Source of the DNA: an uncultured Alphaproteobacteria bacterium
Lineage (GTDB): Bacteria > Pseudomonadota > Alphaproteobacteria > Sphingomonadales > Sphingomonadaceae
Reading direction: 5' to 3'
NCBI GenBank assembly: GCA_963807815.1
Contig: CAWECW010000010.1
Location: 33,214-97,213 of the forward strand
DNA length: 64,000 bases
The notes under the pieces are model-generated. The model worked only from the letters and a program-made list of their open reading frames with translations, had not been told where the DNA came from and ran no database searches. The position numbers and the translations under genes were made by a program. Shown piece by piece: positions 12,229-20,061 of the stretch (within the stretch, counting starts at the first letter, position 1; each line of letters starts with the position of its first letter).

Positions 12229-12892
12229 GTGGAAATCGACGAAGCGATCGAATGGCGGGTGAGCGACAACCTCGTCCCCTACGAGGAAGCGCGGGCATTC
12301 ATGGAGGAGCGCGCCGCCGCGATCCATGCAGGCACGGCGCCCGAATGCGTCTGGCTGCTGGAGCATCCGCCGCTCTTCACCGCCGGCACGAGCTCCGATC
12401 CGGCAGAGCTGTTCAACCCATCGGGCTTCCCGGTCTACGATGCGGGCCGAGGCGGCCGCTACACCTATCACGGTCCGGGCCAGCGCGTCGGCTACCTGAT
12501 GCTGAACCTCGACCGCCGGGGCCGCGACGTGCGCCGGCTGGTCCATTCGCTCGAAGGCTGGATCATCGCCACCTTGGCCGAGCTTGGCGTGCAGGCTCAC
12601 CGGGCCGACGGCCGCATCGGAATCTGGGTCGGCGAAGGCCCCGCGGAAGCGAAAATCGCGGCGCTCGGCATTCGCATCAAGCGCTGGGTGACGCTCCACG
12701 GATTCTCGATCAATGTCGCGCCCGATTTGTCGCACTTTGGCGGCATCGTTCCGTGCGGGATCAGCGAGTTCGGCGTCACCAGCCTTCAAGCGCTTGGGAA
12801 AGAAATGCGCGATTACGTGCGTTGATGATGCCCTGAAGCAGTGTTTTCCGTCGTTTCTCAGGGACTTGTCACATACGTGTAAAGTCTCTTGA
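12229..12892 (+). CDS. lipB: Lipoyl(octanoyl) transferase
   Basis: [35 protein letters not shown]; 3' end across a frameshift. Confidence 0.95.
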
Positions 12893-12978
12893 TGGTGGGA
12901 AGCGCTTCAGACTATTGTGCGCGCGATTTGCGAAGTGGGTTCCGCCTGCTCCAGATCGGATAATCAAGGGAGTTTTGA

Positions 12979-13227
12979 ATGCGTGCTCTTATCCTGGTCG
13001 CCGGTGCGGCCCTGGCGGTTTCGGCTTGCAGCAGCAACGAAGCCGCAGACAACACGATGAACGTTGACAACCTCGCGGTTGACAACCTCGTCGTGAACGA
13101 CACGACTGCGATCGACGCGACGAACATGGACATGAACATGGACGCCAATATGTCCATGAACGCGACCGACACGAACGCTGTGGACGCGAACGCCGCTGTG
13201 GACGCCAACGCGACCAACGCGATGTAA
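12979..13227 (+). CDS. Small Asn/Asp/Met-rich lipoprotein
   Basis: RBS AAGGGGAG, lipobox VSAC, low-complexity tail, followed by a terminator. Confidence 0.78.
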   Translation: MRALILVAGAALAVSACSSNEAADNTMNVDNLAVDNLVVNDTTAIDATNMDMNMDANMSMNATDTNAVDANAAVDANATNAM

Positions 13228-13261
13228 TTCGACGGCGCTCTTCACGGAGTGCCGAAGGATC

Positions 13262-13296
13262 AAGAGGCTGCCGGTTCGCCGGCAGCCTCTTTTTTT
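13262..13296 (+). terminator. Rho-independent terminator
   Basis: AAGAGGCTGCCGG-TTCG-CCGGCAGCCTCTT followed by a T run. Confidence 0.88.
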
Positions 13297-13304
13297 ACGC
13301 CTAT

Positions 13305-13354
13305 CCTCCCCGAGCTCGCTCGGGGAGGGGGACCGTCCGAGGACGGTGAAGGGG
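13305..13354. repeat. REP-like double-hairpin element
   Basis: CCTCCCCGAGC-TC-GCTCGGGGAGG then ACCGTCC-GA-GGACGGT-GAAGGGG, abutting the queE stop. Confidence 0.55.
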
Positions 13355-13355
13355 C

Positions 13356-13986
13356 TCAGGGCAATCCGATCAGCTTGTGGGTCTGCAGCGAAAGGCGCCA
13401 AAGCGGGCGCTCCATCACCAGCCTGATGGACGCGTCCATCGCTTGCCTCCCGATCCTCGCAGTCCATCGGCTGGATCAGGAAGTTGCGGAAGTCCCAGCC
13501 TTCGAGGGTCGCCGGATCGATACCCTGCTGCGGCCAAACCAGCTTGAGTTCGTCGCCGGCGCGCTGGACCACGTCCGTTCCCGCCTTCGGACTCACGCAA
13601 AGCCAGTCGATGCCTTCGACCGCCGGCAAGGTGCCATTGCTCTCGACGGCGACGCGAAAGCCTTGGGCATGAAGAGCGTCGATCAGTGCGGCATCGAGCT
13701 GAAGCATCGGCTCGCCGCCCGTGATGACGACAAGCCGGCGATCGGCATCGCCCCATATGGCCGCGACATGGTCCGCGAGACTTTCAGCATCCGCGAACTT
13801 GCCCCCGCCCTCGCCGTCCGTGCCGACGAAGTCGGTGTCGCAGAAATTGCACTGGGCTGTGGCGCGATCCTGCTCACGACCCGACCACAGGTTGCACCCG
13901 GCAAAGCGCAGGAAGACGGCCCGGCTGCCCGATTGCACTCCCTCGCCCTGCAGGGTGAGGAAGCATTCCTTCACGCTGTACGCCAT
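13356..13986 (-). CDS. queE: 7-carboxy-7-deazaguanine synthase (Cx14CxxC type)
   Basis: [43 protein letters not shown]. Confidence 0.94.
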
Positions 13987-14688
13987 CAGCCCGCGACCGC
14001 GTATCGCGTCGGATCGGCAAGCCCCGCTTCCTCGAACCCCTTGGCGCGCAAGCCGGCAAGCGTCGCACAACCCGCAATGGCTGCCGTCGGGCAGCCGGGT
14101 CGTAACAGCTGTGACTCAGCGCCGCATCGAGGCCGAGCCGGCTTGCCTCGCGCGCGATGTCCGCCTTGGTCATGTGCTGGAGCGGCGCGTGGATCGTGAT
14201 TTGCTCCCCCTCGGTTCCCGCCTTGGTTGCCAGCCGCGCAAGCTGCTCGAAGCCGGCGATGAACTCTGGCCGGCAGTCGGGATAACCCGAGTAGTCGAGC
14301 GCATTCACTCCGATGAACAGGTCGCTCGCACCCTCGGCTTCGGCCCAGGCCATCGCGATGCTCAGAAAGACTAAGGTTTCGCGCGGGAACGTAGGTGATC
14401 GGGATGCCCGGCTGAACGCCGTCCTTCGGCACCGACGCATCGCTGGTCAGCGCCGAGCCGCCGAACGCACGAAGGTCCAGCGGCAGGATGATGTGACGAT
14501 CGGCGAGCGCGGACGCGATGGTCTTCGCGGCCTCGATCTCGACCCGGTGACGCTGATTGTAATCGACCGTCAGCGCGAGCACCGCAAAGCCCTGCTCCCG
14601 AGCGAGCGCGGCGCAGACCATCGAGTTCGAGCCCCCCGGAAAGGAGCACCACAGCCTTCTTGCCCTGATTGGCGTCGGTAGCCGTCAT
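13986..14688 (-). CDS. queC: 7-cyano-7-deazaguanine synthase
   Basis: [33 protein letters not shown]. Confidence 0.94.
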
Positions 14689-14718
14689 CGCGGCGCCATC
14701 TAGGCGGTCATCACCGAC

Positions 14719-14753
14719 AAAAGAAGGGCCGCTCATCGGCTGACGAGCGGCCC
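14719..14753 (-). terminator. Rho-independent terminator
   Basis: Minus strand GGGCCGCTCGTC-AGCC-GATGAGCGGCCC-TTCTTTT. Confidence 0.8.
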
Positions 14754-14815
14754 AGTTCCGGGCCTAAGCCCGTTGGGAGGAAAGCGTGCCAAATCCGGCA
14801 CAACTTCGGATTTAG
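14719..14815 (-). ncRNA. Candidate small RNA with anti-SD-like UUUCCUCCC motif
   Basis: Intergenic hairpin (AAATCCG...CGGATTT), CTTTCCTCCC, small hairpin, terminator. Confidence 0.35.
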
Positions 14816-14858
14816 CTTACCCAGGTTAAACCCTTGCTTAATGAGCCGAGGAATTTTC

Positions 14859-15257
14859 TCAGCAATTCCCAAGTCTTCGTGCCTGAAGCACGTAATGAAA
14901 GGGCGCATTCTCGGAGATGCCTTGGGTTTCGATCCGCAGCGAGCGCGGAGTGAGCAGTTCGACGGTCGATTGGCCGAATGCTCCGCCGCTGCAGGTGTAA
15001 TGGATCTCCGCGCGCGACTGCAGGTTGCGCACCAGGTCGCGGGAGCAGTTCGACCGCAGATGCTCGTACTGGGCGAGCACCACCGGATCCGGAAGGCAAA
15101 CGGTGCGGCGGCCGCCGTTAGCCCGGCTGACTTCCCAAAGCCCGCCGCCCGTCTGCATGAACACCGTAGGGCGCACGGTGGCCGCCACCGACAGCAGCAG
15201 CACTGCCGCTCCAGCCACTCGGATCATCGTTCTCAACGGGCGTTTCATCGTGCCCAT
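14859..15257 (-). CDS. Secreted Cys-containing hypothetical protein (DUF3617-like)
   Basis: Signal peptide, GGLWEV motif, Cys pattern ending RRLGNC. Confidence 0.65.
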   Translation of the reverse strand: MGTMKRPLRTMIRVAGAAVLLLSVAATVRPTVFMQTGGGLWEVSRANGGRRTVCLPDPVVLAQYEHLRSNCSRDLVRNLQSRAEIHYTCSGGAFGQSTVELLTPRSLRIETQGISENAPFHYVLQARRLGNC

Positions 15258-15271
15258 TTAGCACAAAATGC

Positions 15272-16204
15272 TTAACGAGATCGAGACGGAACGTCCGAGG
15301 ACACGTCTTCCAGAGTGATCGGGAAGGTGGTCGAGCAGAATGCGCAGTCGACCGTGATGAAGCCGTCCTCGCCGACCATCGCCTGCCGCTCCTCCTCCGG
15401 AAAGCGCGCGATCACCGATCGCACATAGTCCGGATCGCAGCGGCATCCGCGCCGCAACTCGACCGGCGCGAAGGTCCGCACCTCCGCTTCCTCGTGGAAC
15501 AGGCGCCAGACGAGATCGTCCAGCGGAAGGCCGGGATCCATCAGCTCCTCCGGCTTCACCGAACCGGCCAGGATGGCGACGTGCGGCCAGTCCGGATGGT
15601 CGAGCTGGGTATGGATGCGCTCCCTGCCCTCTTCGCCGTCCGGAAGATGCTGGAACAGGATGCCGCCCGCGAACCAATGCCCGTCGCGCTTTTCCGCCGC
15701 GAGGCGGACCAGGCTGGGGATTTGCTCCGACTGGGCGAAATAGCTCTGCGCCGCGGATGCGAGGCTATCGCCTTCCAGCGGGACGATGCCCTGGTAGCGA
15801 TCCTTGGTCATCGGCTGGTCGAAGGTGATCGCCAGATAGCCCTTGCCGAACAAGGCGAAGAGCGACGGATTGGGTCCGACTTCCGCCAGCCGCTCCGGAT
15901 CGTGCCGGACATAGCCGCGAAGCTCGCCGCCGAGATAATCGCAGACGAGCAGGTCGATCGCGCCATCCTCCGTCTGCGCCTGCAAGGTCATCTGCCCCTG
16001 CGGGTCCTTCAGCAGGGTCCCCAGCAGCGCCGTCAGTGTGAGCGCTTCGGCAAGCAGCCGCTCGATGATCGGCGGATAATTGTGCGCGGACAGGATGACG
16101 TCGAGCACCGGTCCGAGACGCGCCGCGCGGCCGCGGGCGTCACGCGCCGGAATCGTGACGCCGATCGCGACGTCGAGGGACAGTTTGGATGCTCGGTCAG
16201 TCAC
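15272..16204 (-). CDS. hslO: Hsp33 redox-regulated chaperone
   Basis: RYQGIVPL, YFAQSEQIP, CRC...CAFC zinc motif; GTG start. Confidence 0.94.
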   Translation of the reverse strand: MTDRASKLSLDVAIGVTIPARDARGRAARLGPVLDVILSAHNYPPIIERLLAEALTLTALLGTLLKDPQGQMTLQAQTEDGAIDLLVCDYLGGELRGYVRHDPERLAEVGPNPSLFALFGKGYLAITFDQPMTKDRYQGIVPLEGDSLASAAQSYFAQSEQIPSLVRLAAEKRDGHWFAGGILFQHLPDGEEGRERIHTQLDHPDWPHVAILAGSVKPEELMDPGLPLDDLVWRLFHEEAEVRTFAPVELRRGCRCDPDYVRSVIARFPEEERQAMVGEDGFITVDCAFCSTTFPITLEDVSSDVPSRSR

Positions 16205-16550
16205 TCGATTCCGTTTCTTTCGTGCATATCTGAAACACCGTTCGTCCTGAGCGAAGTCGAAGGGCGCTCGTGAGGCGGTGGTGCAAGCCAGCCGAAACTC
16301 TGTCCCAATCACCCGCGATCAACGCTTCCTTCTTCGCGCGTGTCCACCCCTTGATGCGCCGCTCGAACGCGAGCGCTTCATCGCGGGACGGAGCGGACTC
16401 GCACCAGACGAGCTCGACCGGACGCCGTGTTCGCGTCCAATCGCAGCATATCCCTTGCTGGTGGTGCCAGAGGCGGCTTTCAAGGTCTTCGGTGTGGCCG
16501 GCGTAGTAGGAACGGTCGCTGCAGCGGAGCAAGTAGACCCAGAACTGCAT
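16197..16550 (-). CDS. Small GIY-YIG nuclease (UPF0213/YhbQ-like)
   Basis: MQFWVYLLRCSDRSYYAGHTEDLESRLWHH...EALAFERRIKGWTRAKKEALI. Confidence 0.9.
   Translation of the reverse strand: MQFWVYLLRCSDRSYYAGHTEDLESRLWHHQQGICCDWTRTRRPVELVWCESAPSRDEALAFERRIKGWTRAKKEALIAGDWDRVSAGLHHRLTSALRLRSGRTVFQICTKETESSD
16239..16266. repeat. Left arm of a 28-bp inverted repeat around the GIY-YIG gene
   Basis: CGTTCGTCCTGAGCGAAGTCGAAGGGCG; first 19 bp match the reverse complement of the right arm exactly. Confidence 0.85.
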
Positions 16551-16564
16551 CAGCGTCGTGCCTC

Positions 16565-16592
16565 CGCCTTCCAACTTCGCTCAGGACGAACG
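16565..16592. repeat. Right arm of the inverted repeat around the GIY-YIG gene
   Basis: CGCCTTCCAACTTCGCTCAGGACGAACG. Confidence 0.85.
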
Positions 16593-16601
16593 TTGCGAGC
16601 G

Positions 16602-17791
16602 CTAGGCAGCCGCCGCCGGAACCTCATACTTCGCTGCCGCCGCGGACAGGCCCTCGACGAATTCCTTGATGTGGCTTTCGTCGATGATCAGCGGCGGAAG
16701 CACGCGCATGACGTTGTCGCCGGCTGCGACGGCAAGCAGACCCTGGCCGCGGAGCCAATTCACGAACTGGCGGCTGTCCGTCTTCATCTTGATGCCCAGC
16801 ATCAGGCCCTTGCCGCGAACGCTGTCGAAGATGTGATCGTGGTTCGGGATCATCTGCTCGAGCGCCGAACGCAGGCGCTCGCCCATCTGCCGGACGTGCG
16901 CGAGGAATTCGTCGTTGGCGATCACGTCGAACACGGCCTGCCCGGCGGCCATGGCGAGCGGATTGCCGCCATAGGTCGAGCCATGCGTGCCGACGACCAT
17001 GCCGGACGCCGCCTTTTCCGTCGCAAGGCAGGCGCCGAGCGGGAAGCCGCCGGCGATGCCCTTGGCCGAGGCCATGATGTCCGGCTCGATGCCGTACTGC
17101 TCGTAGGCGTAGAGCGTGCCGGTGCGCGCGACGCCGCACTGCACTTCGTCGAACACGAGCATCAGGTCCTTTTCGTCGCAAACCGCGCGCAGGCCCTTGA
17201 TGAATTCGTCGCTGGCCGGGCGAATGCCGCCCTCGCCCTGGATCGGCTCGAGCAGGAAGCCGGCCGTATTCTCGTCGACCGCCGCAAGCGCCGCGTCGAG
17301 ATTGTCGAACTCGACGACCTTGAAGCCGGGCAGCAGCGGCGCGAAGCCGTCGCGCAGCTTCTCCTGATTGGTCGCGCTGATCGTCGCCATCGTCCGCCCG
17401 TGGAAGGCGTTCGAAAAGGTGATCAGGTCGTGCTTGTGCGGATTGCCCTTGGCATGATGGTAGCGGCGCGCCGTCTTGATCGCGCACTCGACGGCTTCGG
17501 CGCCGGAGTTGGTGAAGAAGACGGTGTCGGCGAACGTCAGGTCGACCAGCCGCTGCGCGAACGCTTCGCCCTGCGGGCTGCCGTAGAGGTTCGACACGTG
17601 GATCAGCGTCGCCGCCTGCTTGGCGATCGCCTCGGTCAGGTGCGGATGCCCGTGGCCGAGCAGATTGACCGCAATGCCCGATGCAAAGTCGAGATATTTC
17701 TCGCCCTGCTCTCCGTAGAGATAGACGCCCTCACCTCGAACCGGCCGCACCTCGCAACGAGGATAAACGGGCATGAGCGGAGTGATGGCCA
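16602..17791 (-). CDS. argD: Acetylornithine aminotransferase (class III PLP)
   Basis: MAITPLMPVY, FFTNSGAEA, FHGRT, EPIQGEGG, FDEVQCG, SAKGIAGG, HGSTYGGNP. Confidence 0.93.
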
Positions 17792-17861
17792 TTTCGGGCA
17801 AGTCCTTCTGTGGTGAATGGGACGCGGCTGTCGCAGCCGGCGCAGATATAGCCAGACGGCC

Positions 17862-17907
17862 CAAAAAGGAAAAGGCGCGCCGGCTTATGACCGACACGCC
17901 TTTTCTT
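17862..17907 (-). terminator. Rho-independent terminator
   Basis: Minus strand AAAAGGCGTGTCGG-TCATAAG-CCGGCGCGCCTTTT-CCTTTTT. Confidence 0.7.
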
Positions 17908-17926
17908 ATGACCTCAGCAGCGAAGC

Positions 17927-18380
17927 TTAGTCGTGGCGATAGCCGCGATCGTCTTCGTAGCGGTCGTTGCGGCCGTCGCGGTCGCGATCCGACCAGCTTC
18001 CGCCAGCGTTGTAGCCGTAGCGGTTGCCGTCGCGAGCATCGCGGAAGATCCGCTGCTCGAGCCGCTGGACCCGGTGCGTGATCGACGCATGTTCCTGCGG
18101 GTTCAGGCCGTTGCGAGCCGACTTGCGCAGGCGACGCTCGATATCCCGCAACTCTTCGCGCAGGCGGCGAGCTTCGCGTTCCGAAATCCGGTCGCGGCTG
18201 TCGAACTGGGCAATGCGCTGCTGCAGCCGATCGATGCGAACCTGCAGGCTGCGAACACCGCCGTAATTGTTGGTTGTAGCCGTAACCCTGCGGCGCCGGA
18301 TAATATTGCGCAGCGGCCGGGGCTGCGATTGCGAGAGCCGAAGCGGCTGCGGCGACAGTGAGAAGGACTTTACGCATCAT
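17927..18380 (-). CDS. Secreted Arg/Asp-rich hypothetical protein (frameshifted)
   Basis: RBS AAGGAG; signal MRKVLLTVAAAASALAIAAPAAAQ; DRDRDGRNDR tail. Confidence 0.75.
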
Positions 18381-18488
18381 GCTCTCCTTTGAGCGGTTGA
18401 TGCACATGTTTTGCGCTTCGTCACTTGTTCGAAGGCTGAACGCCGCCGTTATCCGCCGTTCAACTTGCTTAACGCGATCAGCCGCTCG

Positions 18489-19326
18489 CTACTGCTTGAT
18501 CTTCCAGCCGCGCTTCAACAGTACGTAGCAGGTCGCCCACAGCGCGACGTTGACCGCCAGCAGGCCGAGGGCGCCAATCGCGATCGGCGAGTCGGAAGTG
18601 CCGAGGAAGCCGTACCGGAAGCCCGAGATGACGTAGAAGAACGGGTTGGCATGGCTCAGCGCCTGGAACGTCGGAGCGAGCTGCTCGACCGAATAGAATG
18701 TGCCCGAAAGCAGCGAGAGCGGCGTGACGACGAAGTTGGTGACCGCGGCCGCATGGTCGAACTTGTCTGCCCAGAGGGACGTCAGCAGCCCCATGAAGGC
18801 CAGCATCAGCGCGCCCATCAGGCCGAACCAGAACGCCCAGAGCGGATGCTGGACGTTCACCGACACGCCCGGCCACAGCAGCATCACCAGCCACACCGCA
18901 AATCCCGACCAGGAACGCACGCGTCACCGCGGCGCCGACCAGCCCCGCGATCAGCTCGCCCGTCGACAGCGGCGGCATCAGATAATCGACGATATTGCCC
19001 TGCATCTTGCCGACCAGCAGCGAGAAGCTGGAATTGGCGAAGGCGTTCTGGATCATCGCCATGACGATCAGGCCCGGCGCGAGGAAGCTGGCGAAGTCGA
19101 TGCCCATCACGGTGCGCCCGCCACGGCCGAGCGCGACCGTGAAAATCGCCAGATACAGGAGCGTGGTGATGGCCGGCGCCCAGACCGTCTGCATCTGCAC
19201 CTTGAAGAACCGGCGCACCTCCTTGATATAGAGGGTCTTGAGCCCACCCCAGTTGACGCCGGACAGCACCGGCTCGCCTGGCGGGGTTTGAACCCAGATC
19301 GGAGACTTGTTGCTAGGGTCGTTCAC
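18489..19326 (-). CDS. ABC-2 type transporter permease (YadH-like)
   Basis: KEVRRF, FLAPGL, NAFANSSFS, LSGTFYS, NPFFY..GFRYG. Confidence 0.9.
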
Positions 19327-19394
19327 GGGGGTTAGCGCCTATCGGCTGGCGCCGGCACCTGCAACGGGCCAAGGGCGAATTCGGAGATTGTTTG

Positions 19395-20061
19395 ATGTCG
19401 TGGACTGAAGAGCGGATCGATCGCCTGAAGGCGATGTGGACGGAAGGCGCAACCGCCAGCCAGATTGCCGACGAGCTTGGCGGGGTCAGCCGCAACGCCG
19501 TGATCGGCAAGGCGCACCGCCTCGGCCTGGAGGCTCGCCCGTCGCCGGTGAAAGCCGGCGAGGAGAAGGAACGCCCCGCACCGGCAGCGTCCGCGCCCAA
19601 GCCGGCCCCGGCCGAGCGCGCGGCGCCCGAAGCCTGCCGCACCGCTGCCGCCGCCGCCGCAGCGCCGGAACGCGCGGCTCCCGCCCATCCTCCGCGCACT
19701 CCGCAGCGTACCCCGTCCGAGAATATCCAGTATCGCTCGATCGGGCCCGGCGGCTTCATCCGCCAGGGTCCGGGCGATCAGCAGCCGCCGATCCCGCCCG
19801 CTCCGCCGCGCCGCCTCGTTCCGGCGAAGCCGAGCCCGGAAGTCGCCGACAAGACGAGCCTGCTCGAGCTCAACGACCGCATCTGCAAATGGCCGATGGG
19901 CCATCCGGGCGAGCCCGACTTCCACTTCTGCGGCAATGCCTTCGAACCCCGGCTTCCCTTATTGCGTCCAGCATTGCGGCGTCGCCTATCAGGCGCAGCT
20001 TCCGCGCCGCGACCGCCGTCCGCCTCCGCCGCTTCCGTTCGGCGGCCCGCGCGTTCGCTAG
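19395..20061 (+). CDS. gcrA: GcrA cell-cycle regulator
   Basis: MSWTEERIDRLK...GGVSRNAVIGKAHRLGL; CKWPMGHP..FHFCG. Confidence 0.95.

Noticed and set aside
13356-14688. queC-queE as a 7-deazaguanine DNA-modification or QatC-type defence locus
   Set aside because: Canonical housekeeping sequences in core context; no dpdA, tgt-like or qat partner genes nearby.
16602-18407. Apparent signal-peptide-bearing 601-aa ArgD
   Set aside because: Read-through from the frameshifted upstream secreted gene across a terminator; ArgD starts at MAITPL (17791).
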